Shown in pieces: positions 20,343 through 30,479 of a DNA stretch of 64,000 bases; the stretch's first letter is position 1, and each line of letters starts with the position of its first letter. The position numbers and the translations under genes are program-made. Source of the stretch: Acidobacteriota bacterium (GTDB lineage Bacteria; Acidobacteriota; UBA890; WLXD01); NCBI GenBank assembly GCA_963666055.2, contig CAXWPH010000015.1, positions 544,001 to 608,000 on the forward strand, in the 5' to 3' direction. The notes beneath the pieces were generated by a model, which was given only the letters and a program-made list of their open reading frames with translations, was not told the DNA's origin and did no database searches.

Positions 20343-22241
20343 CTACCGAACGATCGGTAGCACCACGTAGGAGGCGTAGTCGCCCGCGTGGTGGATGGTG
20401 TTGTGCGCCACCACCCACTCTGTCTCGTCGAAGTTGTTTCCCCCGGTGTTCAGGTTGCGATCAAAGCGCGGAAAGCTGGAGCTCGACACCTCCACGCGAA
20501 TCCTGTGCCTGGGCCCGAAGTAGTTGCTGGTGGCGTGCATATCGACCCGCAGGGCGTATACGTCGCCTGGGCTCATCCACACTGAGCGATCGAAGCCCTC
20601 CCGATAGCGCGCTCGCAGGATGCCTTCCTGCACATTGTAGGCGGTGCCGTCCGGATACACGTCGACCAGCTTGACGAGGAAGTCGGTGTCCCTGGCCGAG
20701 GACGATACGTACAGCATCGCCTCGATCGGCCCGGTCACCTCAACGCCCGCCTCGAGCGGCGGCGTCGTGTACACGAGCACGTCCTGCCGCGTCTCGACCT
20801 CCCGCTGATCGAACGACCCTCCCTCGGCATCGGGCGTACCCGAACAACAGAAGTTCCCTCCCCGCGACGGCACCGGCGTGGCCGGGTCGTAGGTGTACCG
20901 GTCGGGCGGTTCGTCGCCGGGAGACGCGACCGATAGCACGCCGCTGCCGAAGCGACTGTTGGCCCGTCCGTCGCTATGCAGGTAGTACCTAGCAAACCGG
21001 GTATCGGGTACGGGCCACTGCGGCGCGGAGCGCCACTCGTTCCTACCCATCAGGTAGTACTGCACCTTGGGCATCGTGGTGATGCCGTTGTCCACGCCTG
21101 CGAGCCAGTGATCGAACCAATCGACGTAGATCCTCCAGAAATCTTTACGGGCATCGCCGAGGTCGCGCTCCCCGACGATGGTGCGCTGCGTGGTTCTCTC
21201 CGAGCCGCAGTGCGTCGTCGGCGAGATGATCACGAACTGGTTGTCACGCGCGCGGGTGCTCTCGGAATTGCGCTGCAGCAGGTTGAACTCGTAGAGGGTC
21301 TCGGCAACGCCGTAGTCGTACCAGGAGTTGATGAACAGCGCGGGAACGTCGAAGCGATCCTCGTCGGTCAGGTAGTGGAACTGGTCCCACCAAGGGTCGG
21401 TGAGCGGTGTCGACACGACACGCTCCCAATCGGTCGGAGGCGTGCGGCCCTTGTCCATCATGTCCACGATGGGCAAGGTCGGCCAGATCTCCGCGTGATC
21501 GATGTCGGGTAGCTTCGGGGCTGGATCGAAGTACTGCGCATCGCCAGACGCGAGCCACTCGCCGCGGTCCATTTGCGGCGGCGGCGCGTAGTAGATCTTG
21601 TTGCCGCTGCCGCGGAACCAGCCGAAGCCGAGGGCCAGCTCGATGGCGCCCCCGTTGATGAGCCCGAAGTAGCGATATCGCCCGCCCGCGGAACCCACGG
21701 CACCGCCTGTGGCCTGCGGGATCATGGCCGCATGATGGGGGTTCCTGAGCGTCGCCTGGAACATCTGATAGTCGCCCGGCGAGGAGCAGCCATAGGTCCC
21801 CACCCGGCCGTTGGACCAGGGCTGCGCCGCCAGCCAGTCCACCGTGTCGTAGCCGTCCTCAGCGTCGCCGCCGTAGACCAGGAACCGTCCCTCCGATTCG
21901 TACCGCCCACGCTTGTCCTGCACGGCGACCACGTGCCCCCGGCCGGCGAACAGATTCGCCACCGACCGAGGCCGGCTGCGGTAGGCGTTCTTGTCGTACG
22001 GGGTACGGATCAGAACGGTCGGCAGCCGGTCTCCGGCGCCCTCGGGGAAATACAAGTCGGTGGACAGGCGCACCCCGTCGCGCATCGGGACCATGGCGCT
22101 TCGTTGCAGACGCACCTGGTGCGTCGCGCTCGGCATGTCGTACTGCGCCGGACCGGCGCTCAGCGGCTGGGCCGCGGGCTCGACAGAGCCGGCCGATACC
22201 GCGGCCGCGACGAACAGGAGGCCGAAAAGGACACGCCGCAT
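20343..22241 (-). CDS. CocE/NonD family hydrolase, exported
   Basis: VPMRDGVRLSTDLY, RTPY, QDKRGRYESEG, WSNGRVG..GCSS, FPRFDRN. Confidence 0.92.
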   Translation of the reverse strand: MRRVLFGLLFVAAAVSAGSVEPAAQPLSAGPAQYDMPSATHQVRLQRSAMVPMRDGVRLSTDLYFPEGAGDRLPTVLIRTPYDKNAYRSRPRSVANLFAGRGHVVAVQDKRGRYESEGRFLVYGGDAEDGYDTVDWLAAQPWSNGRVGTYGCSSPGDYQMFQATLRNPHHAAMIPQATGGAVGSAGGRYRYFGLINGGAIELALGFGWFRGSGNKIYYAPPPQMDRGEWLASGDAQYFDPAPKLPDIDHAEIWPTLPIVDMMDKGRTPPTDWERVVSTPLTDPWWDQFHYLTDEDRFDVPALFINSWYDYGVAETLYEFNLLQRNSESTRARDNQFVIISPTTHCGSERTTQRTIVGERDLGDARKDFWRIYVDWFDHWLAGVDNGITTMPKVQYYLMGRNEWRSAPQWPVPDTRFARYYLHSDGRANSRFGSGVLSVASPGDEPPDRYTYDPATPVPSRGGNFCCSGTPDAEGGSFDQREVETRQDVLVYTTPPLEAGVEVTGPIEAMLYVSSSARDTDFLVKLVDVYPDGTAYNVQEGILRARYREGFDRSVWMSPGDVYALRVDMHATSNYFGPRHRIRVEVSSSSFPRFDRNLNTGGNNFDETEWVVAHNTIHHAGDYASYVVLPIVR

Positions 22242-22393
22242 GAATCACCTCCTCGTTGGCTGCCAAGATCCGCACGCCACAGCGGTCAGATCTGACCACA
22301 GGCTCACTACGGGCTCAACTGGAGACCCCCTTGACCCGATGGCCGAGACAGCCCTAGTCTCGCCCCTCGATGCACCACCAGCAGGTCTACTCA

Positions 22394-23296
22394 ATGCAAC
22401 GCAGCCTCGTTCCCGCCCTCGCACTGATTTGTTGGGCTGTCGCGTCCAACGCACCGGCAAGTGTTGCGGCCGAACCGGAAACGATCCCCCTCTGGGAAGG
22501 CCGTGCTCCGGGAGCGCTTGGCGACGAAGACGCGGACACGCCGACTCTGACTATCTACCGCGCGTACGGCGGCGCGGGCGCTGCAACCGCCGCCATCGTG
22601 GCCCCTGGCGGGGGCTACCAGGACCTGGCGATGAATCACGAGGGTCGGCAGGCCGCCAACTGGCTCAATTCGCTCGGCATCACCGCGTTCGTTTTGAAGT
22701 ACCGGCTGGGGCCGCGCTACCGGCACCCAATTGAGCTTGGCGATGCGCAGCGCGCCATGCGGCTCGTCCGCTCGCGAGCGGATGAGTTTGGTATTTCGCC
22801 CGAACGCATCGGCATGATGGGCTTCTCCGCGGGCGGCCATCTCGCCACCACCGCCGGCACGCGCTTCGACAACGGCGATCCCGATGCCAGCGACCCGATC
22901 GAACGCTCCAGCAGCCGACCCGACTTTCTGATCCTCGCCTATCCGGTGATCACTCTTGTCGCCGAACATGCGCACCAAGGCTCGGCCGCAGCGCTACTCG
23001 GCAAGGATGCCGCCACAAGCTTGCGCCGCGACCTCTCTAGTCACCTGCAAGTCACGCCCGAGACGCCGCCCACCTTCCTGTTTGCAACGAGCGGCGACAC
23101 TAGCGTGCCGGCGGAGAACAGCATCGACTTCTACCTGGCGCTGCGCCGAGCTGGCGTAGCGGCGGAGATTCATGTTTTCGAGTCGGGCCCCCATGGCGTC
23201 GGCCTGGCGCTGGGCGATCCTGTGCTGGCTCAGTGGCCCGTGCTGGCGGCAAATTGGCTTCGCGCCCACGGCCTTATCGAGCCTGGCCTTCGCTAG
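22394..23296 (+). CDS. Alpha/beta hydrolase (acetylxylan-esterase-like)
   Basis: PGGGY, GFSAGGH, D..V, GPHG triad; signal peptide. Confidence 0.9.
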   Translation: MQRSLVPALALICWAVASNAPASVAAEPETIPLWEGRAPGALGDEDADTPTLTIYRAYGGAGAATAAIVAPGGGYQDLAMNHEGRQAANWLNSLGITAFVLKYRLGPRYRHPIELGDAQRAMRLVRSRADEFGISPERIGMMGFSAGGHLATTAGTRFDNGDPDASDPIERSSSRPDFLILAYPVITLVAEHAHQGSAAALLGKDAATSLRRDLSSHLQVTPETPPTFLFATSGDTSVPAENSIDFYLALRRAGVAAEIHVFESGPHGVGLALGDPVLAQWPVLAANWLRAHGLIEPGLR

Positions 23297-23327
23297 GACA
23301 AATCCCGAGCGACGGAGGACCATCGAA

Positions 23328-25256
23328 GTGCTTCGAGTCACTCCCCTACGGCCTTTTCGACCGTCCCGGACCGTCCGTGCTCGTGTCACATCGATCGGCC
23401 TGCCGCTACTGATCGCTCTGTGGGCGAGTGTTCTCTCGGGTCAGCAGGGCTTGCCGCGCAACCAGGCCCTCTATGTGACGATGCGCGACGGAGTCAAGAT
23501 TGCGATCGATGTCTGGTTACCTGCAAACCTGGAGCCTGACCAGGAGATCCCGACGGTTCTTCGTGCAACGCGCTACTGGCGCGCCACCGATACCCGCAGC
23601 GGCAGGCCCGAGGACGATCGCAACTTTGGCGAGGCGGAGCGCTTCAACAGCAATGGGTACGCACTGGTCCTGGTCGACGCGCGCGGCAGTGGAGCTTCCT
23701 TCGGTACCCGGCCCTATGAGCTCAGCCAAGAAGAGGTGCAGGACTACGGTGAGGTCGTCGATTGGGTCGTCGGGCAGCCCTGGTCCAACGGTCGGGTTGG
23801 AGCGTGGGGGGTCTCCTACTCGGGCAACACGGCGGAGATGCTGGCCGTAACCGGTCACCCAGCGGTCAAGGCGATCGCACCGCTGTTCAACGACTTCGAC
23901 AACTTCGGTCACTTGGTGTTTCCGAACAGCTTGCTCACCGTCGGCTTCCTGCAAGCCTGGGGCAAGGCGGTTCATGACATGGACATGAACGATATCTGCG
24001 CGCTGCGGGATGTGACCGGAGACGCCTGTGCCGGGCTCGAGCAGCAAACGAGTGGCGTGAAGCCGGTCGACAGCGATCATGACCGGCAACAGCTAGCTGC
24101 CGCGATCCGCCAGCATGCCGGCAACACCCAGCCATACCTCGCAGCGCTGGACTACGACTTCCGCGACGACCCCTTCGGCTCCGCCGGCGTGCGAGACGTG
24201 GGCTTCAAGCGCAGCCCTGCCGGTTACCTACCTCAGATCGAGGCGTCGGGAGTGGCGATGTTGATTCGGGTCGGCTGGCTGGATGCCGCAACCGTCAACG
24301 GCGCTCTCGGCCGCTACACTACGATCGACAATCCACAGCTGGTGAAGATCGGGCCCTGGGACCACGGGGCTAGCAACGACACCGATCCGTTCAAGCCTGT
24401 AGCAACAGCGGTCTCGCCTTCTCGCCAGGCACAAGACGAGGAATTGATCGAGTTCTTCGATCAGTTCCTCAAGTCAGACAGCCCGGTGAAGCCAGCGAGC
24501 CGTATCGACTACTACACGATGGGCTCCGGTCAATGGAAGAGCACTCAGGTGTGGCCGCCCGAGGGGTTCTCACCTCAGCGTTGGTACTTTGGTGCCGGCT
24601 CGGCATTGACCAGGGACGCGCCGCAGGCAACCGGCGCCGACAGCTACACAGTGGACTTCGAGGCCACTACCGGACGGCACAATCGCTGGTTCACCAATGG
24701 TGGGGCCGGAGACGTGATCTACCCCGATCGTGCCCAAGCGGATCAACGACTCCTGACGTACGACAGCAGCCCAATGAGCAGCGACGTCGAGATCACCGGG
24801 CACCCATTGGTGACGCTCTACGCAGCTTCTACACACAGCGACGGCGCATTCATCGCCTATCTTGAAGACGTCGCTCCGGACGGGAAGGTGACCTATATCA
24901 CCGAAGGCGGGCTGCGCGCCGTGGTTCGACGCGTGACGGAGGAACCTCCCCTCTACACGAAGTTCGGACCTCACCGCACGGAGAGGCGTGCCGACGCCTG
25001 GCACCTGATACCGGGAGAAGTCGCCGAGCTGACGTTCGACCTTTGGGCTACGTCCGTCCTCATCAAGAAGGGACACAGAATTCGCGTGGCGATCGCGGGA
25101 GCAGACCAGGATACGTTCTTACGCTACCCCAAAGAGGGCGGTACCCCGACGATCACCGTGTACCGGGACCGCTTGCACGCGTCCCCATATCGAGCTACCC
25201 GTCAGGGCACGCTAATCGCTGCCCACTGCGAAACCCGGGCCACTTCCTCTGCGTAA
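23328..25256 (+). CDS. CocE/NonD family hydrolase (probable frameshift near C-terminus; natural stop likely 25215)
   Basis: MRDGVKIAID, DARGSGASFG, GVSYSG, GPWDHG; removing one C at 25183-25186 restores HASHIELPV. Confidence 0.88.
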   Translation: MLRVTPLRPFRPSRTVRARVTSIGLPLLIALWASVLSGQQGLPRNQALYVTMRDGVKIAIDVWLPANLEPDQEIPTVLRATRYWRATDTRSGRPEDDRNFGEAERFNSNGYALVLVDARGSGASFGTRPYELSQEEVQDYGEVVDWVVGQPWSNGRVGAWGVSYSGNTAEMLAVTGHPAVKAIAPLFNDFDNFGHLVFPNSLLTVGFLQAWGKAVHDMDMNDICALRDVTGDACAGLEQQTSGVKPVDSDHDRQQLAAAIRQHAGNTQPYLAALDYDFRDDPFGSAGVRDVGFKRSPAGYLPQIEASGVAMLIRVGWLDAATVNGALGRYTTIDNPQLVKIGPWDHGASNDTDPFKPVATAVSPSRQAQDEELIEFFDQFLKSDSPVKPASRIDYYTMGSGQWKSTQVWPPEGFSPQRWYFGAGSALTRDAPQATGADSYTVDFEATTGRHNRWFTNGGAGDVIYPDRAQADQRLLTYDSSPMSSDVEITGHPLVTLYAASTHSDGAFIAYLEDVAPDGKVTYITEGGLRAVVRRVTEEPPLYTKFGPHRTERRADAWHLIPGEVAELTFDLWATSVLIKKGHRIRVAIAGADQDTFLRYPKEGGTPTITVYRDRLHASPYRATRQGTLIAAHCETRATSSA

Positions 25257-25319
25257 TGCAAGCAAGGAGAGCCCGGACGCCCGACCGTCGCCCGCTCCTC
25301 CCCGTTTCCGAGGCCGGTC

Positions 25320-27782
25320 ATGATCACCCAGAAGCTCCGCACCACGATACGCAAGCTCGCCCTGTCGCCCTTCTTCTCGATCGTCGCGATCTTGACGTTG
25401 GCTTTGGGGATCGGCGCCAACACCGCCGTGTTCAGCGTCGTCAACGGGGTGCTGCTCTCGCCGCTCCCCTTCCACGAGCCGGAACGGCTGGTGGGCGTGT
25501 GGCACACGGCGCCGGGCCTGGGCTTGGAGTTCGTCAACCAGTCGCCGGCCCTCTACTTCACCTACCGGGAGCACAGCGAGCTGTTCGAGGACACCGGCAT
25601 GTGGAGCAACGACTCCTCCTCGATCACCGGGATGGACGAGCCGGAACAGGTGTCGAGCATCTACGTGACCGACGGCACCTTGCCGATTCTGCGCACCACA
25701 CCGCTGATCGGGCGGATGTTCAGCTCGGAAGATGATGCACCGGAGGCACCATCTACTGTCGTGATCAGTCATCGCTACTGGCAGGAGCGCTTCGGAGGGA
25801 ACCCGAGCATTTTGGGTACGAGCCTTCAGGTCGACGGCACGCAGACGGAAATCATCGGCGTGACACGGCCCGACTTACATTTTCTGGACTCCGACCCAGC
25901 GATCTACCTGCCGTTCCAGTTCGATCGCGGCGAGGTGTTCTTCGGCAACTTCAGCTACCAGGGCATCGCGAGGCTCAAGCCTGGCGTCACGCTCGAGCAG
26001 GTCGACGATGAGATGGCCCGGATGATCCAGATCACCATAGAGACCTTCCCGCTGCCCGGTGGGTTCTCGGCGGAGATGATCCAGCAGATCGGATTCGGCC
26101 CCGCCGTGCGACCACTCAAGCAGGACGTCGTAGGCAACGTCGGCTCCGTGCTCTGGGTGCTCCTCGGTACCGTCGGTATGGTCTTGCTGATCGCCTGCGC
26201 TAACGTCGCCAATCTCTTTCTGGTTCGGGCCGAGGGGCGTCAGCAGGAGTTGGCGATCCGCACTGCCCTGGGGGCGAGCCGCGGCCGCCTTGCCCGTGAG
26301 CTGCTGGGAGAGAGCTTGATGCTCGGCCTGCTCGGTGGCGCGGCCGGCCTGGCGCTCGCGGCCGCGGGTATTCGTTTCCTCGTTGCCCTGCAGCTTCAGG
26401 GGCTACCGCGACTCGACGAGATCGGCATCAACCCCGCGGTGCTGGGGTTCACGCTGTTGCTGTCGGTGCTGGCCGGTCTTTTCTTCGGTACTTTCCCGAT
26501 TGCCAAGATGGGCACGGCTCGATTGGTCGACGCGCTCAAAGAGGGCGGCCGTGGCGGCAGTGCCGGGCGCCAACGCCACCGTGTGCGCAGCGCGCTGGTT
26601 GTGGCGCAAGTGGCTCTGGCGCTGGTGCTGCTCGTCGGTTCGGGTTTGATGATCCGCAGCTTTCGCGCCTTGCGCGACGTCGATCCGGGTTTCCGCGATC
26701 CGCAGGAAGTGCTGACGCTGCGGGTGACGATCCCCACGGCTGAGGTGCCGGACAATGCGGAGGCGGCGCAACTGCACGAGACGCTGCTGCGTAGCATCCA
26801 GGCGATCCCGGGTGTGCGTGCTGCCGGCATGACGAGCTCAATCACCATGGATGGATGGGACAGCAACGACCCCATCATCCGCGAGGACAGCCCGCCGATA
26901 AACAATCAGATGCCGCCGCTCAGACGTTTCAAGTGGATCGCCCCCGGCTACTTCGAGACCATGGGCAATACGATCGTGTCGGGCCGCGACTTCACCTGGG
27001 CCGACCTGCACGACCGTGCCCCGGTGGCGATCCTCACCGAGGACACGGCTCGCGAGTTCTGGACCGAGCCGTCGGCAGCGATCGGCCAGCGCATCAAGAA
27101 CGCGCCGGAGAGCCCGTGGCGCGAGGTCGTCGGAGTGGTCGGAAACATACATGACGATGGGGTCGACCAACCGACCACCAAGACCGTCTTCTGGCCGATG
27201 GTATCGGAGGGTTTTTGGGAGGAAGGTTTGTTCGTCCGCCGCTCGATGGCTTTCGTCGTGCGCTCGGAGCGCATCGGCACCTCAGGTCTGCTCGATGAGA
27301 TCCGCAGCACTATCTGGGACGCCAATGCCAGCCTGCCGCTGGCTCAGGTGCGTACGCTCCAGGAGATCCTCGACCGCTCGATGGCCCGCACCTCGTTCAC
27401 GCTGACGATGCTCGGGATCGCCGCCGTTGCCGCGGTGCTGCTCGGAGCCATCGGGATCTATGGCGTGACCTCCTACATCGTCTCGCAGCGAACCCGCGAG
27501 ATCGGCGTGCGCATGGCGATGGGAGCCCTCCAGGCAGACATCAGCCAGCTGGTGCTTCGCCAGGCGGCCGTTCTGGCCCTGGTCGGCGTCGGACTCGGCC
27601 TGATTACTGCCTTCGGACTCACCCGCCTGATGGCATCGCTACTATATGGCGTCAGCCCGGTCGACCCGATGACGTTCTCGGCAGTGGCCGTCGGGGTGAC
27701 GACCGTGGCGCTGTTGGCGAGCTACCTGCCAGCGCGGCGCGCGGCGCGCGTTGAGCCTGTGGAAGCGCTGCGCTGGGACTAG
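25320..27782 (+). CDS. ADOP-type (MacB-like duplicated) ABC permease
   Basis: TLALGIGANTAVFSVVNGVLL, LLIACANVANL, QRTREIGVRMAMGA, PARRAARVEP. Confidence 0.95.
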   Translation: MITQKLRTTIRKLALSPFFSIVAILTLALGIGANTAVFSVVNGVLLSPLPFHEPERLVGVWHTAPGLGLEFVNQSPALYFTYREHSELFEDTGMWSNDSSSITGMDEPEQVSSIYVTDGTLPILRTTPLIGRMFSSEDDAPEAPSTVVISHRYWQERFGGNPSILGTSLQVDGTQTEIIGVTRPDLHFLDSDPAIYLPFQFDRGEVFFGNFSYQGIARLKPGVTLEQVDDEMARMIQITIETFPLPGGFSAEMIQQIGFGPAVRPLKQDVVGNVGSVLWVLLGTVGMVLLIACANVANLFLVRAEGRQQELAIRTALGASRGRLARELLGESLMLGLLGGAAGLALAAAGIRFLVALQLQGLPRLDEIGINPAVLGFTLLLSVLAGLFFGTFPIAKMGTARLVDALKEGGRGGSAGRQRHRVRSALVVAQVALALVLLVGSGLMIRSFRALRDVDPGFRDPQEVLTLRVTIPTAEVPDNAEAAQLHETLLRSIQAIPGVRAAGMTSSITMDGWDSNDPIIREDSPPINNQMPPLRRFKWIAPGYFETMGNTIVSGRDFTWADLHDRAPVAILTEDTAREFWTEPSAAIGQRIKNAPESPWREVVGVVGNIHDDGVDQPTTKTVFWPMVSEGFWEEGLFVRRSMAFVVRSERIGTSGLLDEIRSTIWDANASLPLAQVRTLQEILDRSMARTSFTLTMLGIAAVAAVLLGAIGIYGVTSYIVSQRTREIGVRMAMGALQADISQLVLRQAAVLALVGVGLGLITAFGLTRLMASLLYGVSPVDPMTFSAVAVGVTTVALLASYLPARRAARVEPVEALRWD

Positions 27783-27787
27783 TGGCC

Positions 27788-27810
27788 TAGGGGCCTGAGT
27801 CAGGACGCTA
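27788..27810 (-). repeat. 23-nt TA-bounded palindrome, copy 1
   Basis: Reverse complement TAGCGTCCTGACTCAGGCCCCTA matches 30266-30288 at 19/23; lies just after a stop codon. Confidence 0.5.
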
Positions 27811-27888
27811 CCAGGCCGCTCCCGCTTTCCGATTACAATCGTGCCGCGGCTCCTGCAGGCGGGCGCCGTTCCAGAAAAGGACGTCGCT

Positions 27889-29286
27889 ATGAGCTCGACG
27901 CGAAGAGGCTTTCTCACGGGTGCGGCGACAGTGGGAGGCGGAGCCGCTCTGGGCCGGCGCGTCGTGGCCTTCCTGACCGGACGGTCGATGACCGCGTACG
28001 CCGCCCTGGGAGGGATGAGCACCGCCCAATCTGCCATTACCCACGGTCCGTTCGTGGGGCACCTGACATCCACGAGCGCGACGTTGTGGGCCAAGTGCTC
28101 AACACCGGGTTTGTATTACCTCACCGCTCATGGAATCGGTGGGCGTGAGGCGCTGGTGGCTACGGCAGAGGCGACCCCCGACAACGATATGTGCGTCGTC
28201 TGGCAGGTAACGGAACTTCAGGCAGACACCAGATACACCTACGAGGCTGCTTATCAGGATCAGCCAATCCTCAGCGACGTGGACACTTTCTTCGTGACGC
28301 CCGCCGCCGAGAGCGCACCAACGCTCACCCGATTGGCTTTCGGATCGTGTGCGTATGAGGACCGTGAATCGTCTGCGGTGTGGCGTCGAATGTCCGCGGT
28401 GGACCCGCATGCCATCGTGCTGTTGGGAGATACCCCCTATATCAATTCGACGGCGCTGGAGGTTCAGCGAACCCGATATGCCGAGTTCGCGGCGGTCCTC
28501 GACTTTGCCGACCTGCTGCGCAACAGGTCGCTCTATGCCACCTGGGACGACCACGACTTCGGCGCCAACGACACCGATGGACAACTCGACGGCAAGGCGA
28601 ACGCGCGTCGCGCTTTTATCGAGTATCACGCCAATCCGTCGTACGGGGACGGAGACCACGGCATCTACACGAAGTTCCGGCGCGGTGGCGTCGAAGTGTT
28701 TCTTCTCGACACTCGGTATTTCGCGGGCACGGAATCCTCGCCGGTTGCCGCGGACCAACCAACGCTGCTTGGCCGACAACAGTGGGAGTGGCTGCGCCAG
28801 GAACTCCGGGCGTCGACCGCGCCCTTCAAGCTATTGGCTTCGGGGATGATCTGGAATGGAGCCGTGCGACCTGGCAAGCCCGATCACTGGGAAAGCTATC
28901 CGCATGAGCGAGCGGCGCTGTTTCGCTTCATCGGACAGGAGGAGATTCCCGGGGTGGTGCTGGTAGGCGGCGATATTCATCGAACCCGTGTCCTACGACA
29001 CGAGACGACCGAGACAGCCGGATATCCGCTCCTGGAGCTGATCACATCGCCCATCCACGCAAGCGTTATCGACGCCGCGAACGCGCCCCACCCCGCGTTG
29101 GTTCACGACTCGGGTGAGCCCCATTCGTTTCTCCTCATCACCGTGGATACGACCGTGACGCCGGCCATCCTCGTCGCCCAGTTTCAGAACGCGGCGGGAC
29201 GTGAGCTGCATTCGCTCACCCTGAGTACCGAGAACCTATCGGCGGCACGAGAGACGGTCGAGGGGACCATCCGCAGATCCGAATAA
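27889..29286 (+). CDS. Alkaline phosphatase D family, Tat-exported
   Basis: SSTRRGFL Tat motif; FGSC, LGDTPY, WDDHDF, LLDTRY, GDIH. Confidence 0.9.
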   Translation: MSSTRRGFLTGAATVGGGAALGRRVVAFLTGRSMTAYAALGGMSTAQSAITHGPFVGHLTSTSATLWAKCSTPGLYYLTAHGIGGREALVATAEATPDNDMCVVWQVTELQADTRYTYEAAYQDQPILSDVDTFFVTPAAESAPTLTRLAFGSCAYEDRESSAVWRRMSAVDPHAIVLLGDTPYINSTALEVQRTRYAEFAAVLDFADLLRNRSLYATWDDHDFGANDTDGQLDGKANARRAFIEYHANPSYGDGDHGIYTKFRRGGVEVFLLDTRYFAGTESSPVAADQPTLLGRQQWEWLRQELRASTAPFKLLASGMIWNGAVRPGKPDHWESYPHERAALFRFIGQEEIPGVVLVGGDIHRTRVLRHETTETAGYPLLELITSPIHASVIDAANAPHPALVHDSGEPHSFLLITVDTTVTPAILVAQFQNAAGRELHSLTLSTENLSAARETVEGTIRRSE

Positions 29287-29302
29287 GGGAACGGAGTGCC
29301 AC

Positions 29303-30268
29303 ATGCACCGAACGTCACTGACTCGAGCCACCATGCTCGGCGGCTGCCTACTGCTCTTGCTCGTCGTTGGTCTGCACGTACAGCCCGTGGCGGCGCAGAG
29401 CATGAGCTCCAAGATCGCTTTCGTGTCGAACCGGGATGGCAACGCTGAGATCTATGTCATGGACGCGGACGGCTCCAACGTGACGCGACTGACCAACAAC
29501 CCGGGCTTCGACGGCGCCCCGACGTGGTCACCCGACGGTACGCGGATCGCGTTCGCATCGTCGCGCCACGAAAACAGCGACATCTACATCATGAACGCGG
29601 ACGGCTCCGACGTGACGCGGCTGACAAACGACCCGGCCAATGACGGCGGGCCCTCGTGGTCGCCCGACGGCTCGATGATCGCCTTCGATTCCAACCGCAG
29701 CGGCAGCTCGCAAGTGTGGCGCACGAACGTCGACGAGGGAAGCTGGGGATACAACCCGACGCAGCTGACCGAGGACCATCCTCTGGGACGAGTGAACAAC
29801 TTCCTGGCATGGTCGCCGGACGGCCTTTGGATCGCCTTCGAAGCGGATCGGGACCGGGACGACCCAGAGATCTACCTCGCAAACGCCGTCGACGGCACCA
29901 ACCAACAGCGGTTGACGTTCACCCGTGCCCTCGACGAAGTGCCCAACTGGACCCCCGATAGCAAGCAGATTGTCTACTCGACGGATCGCGACGGCGAGCC
30001 GCAGAACGGCAACTACGAGATCTACATCATGAACGTCGACGGCTCCAACAAGCGCCGGCTGACCGACGTCCCAGGGGCCGACTCGTACCCCTCGGTGTCG
30101 GCCGACGGCACACGGATTGCTTTCGATTCCTCTCGGGCTGGTGGCCGCGACATCTATGTCATGAACATCGATGGAACGAACCAGGCTCGGCTAACGACCT
30201 CGGGTCGCGCAGGCACCGATAATCAGGCGGGAGTGTCCAACAGCAACCCCACCTGGTCGCCGTATTAG
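29303..30268 (+). CDS. TolB-like/PD40 beta-propeller protein, exported
   Basis: Repeated PxWSPDG..IAF.S.R..IYxMxxDG units. Confidence 0.9.
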   Translation: MHRTSLTRATMLGGCLLLLLVVGLHVQPVAAQSMSSKIAFVSNRDGNAEIYVMDADGSNVTRLTNNPGFDGAPTWSPDGTRIAFASSRHENSDIYIMNADGSDVTRLTNDPANDGGPSWSPDGSMIAFDSNRSGSSQVWRTNVDEGSWGYNPTQLTEDHPLGRVNNFLAWSPDGLWIAFEADRDRDDPEIYLANAVDGTNQQRLTFTRALDEVPNWTPDSKQIVYSTDRDGEPQNGNYEIYIMNVDGSNKRRLTDVPGADSYPSVSADGTRIAFDSSRAGGRDIYVMNIDGTNQARLTTSGRAGTDNQAGVSNSNPTWSPY

Positions 30269-30288
30269 TGTCCTGACTCAGAACACTA
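30266..30288 (+). repeat. 23-nt TA-bounded palindrome, copy 2
   Basis: TAGTGT-c-CTGA-c-TCAG-a-ACACTA; begins at the stop codon of the TolB-like gene. Confidence 0.5.
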
Positions 30289-30305
30289 GCGTCCGTGGCG
30301 GCCTG

Positions 30306-30479
30306 CTAGCAGGCCGTGGTGGAAGTGTGGCGGGCCTGGCGACAGGGTCTTGCGAGGAGGAGGCAAGGAGAGAGGAGGAGGCGATGGCTGCCCCATCGTT
30401 GACGACGAGCGACGCAGCATACGCGCGCAACCCCCTATCGCCCGGAGGGTTACGGCACACTTCCACCACGGCCTGCTAG
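30306..30479 (+). mobile_element. MITE-like element copy B (174 bp, internally deleted)
   Basis: Perfect 24-bp TIR CTAGCAGGCCGTGGTGGAAGTGTG; body aligns to the left part of copy A. Confidence 0.85.

Noticed and set aside
29430-30200. Recurring nucleotide repeats suggesting an array or CRISPR
   Set aside because: In-frame PD40 propeller repeats; no repeat-spacer structure and no cas genes
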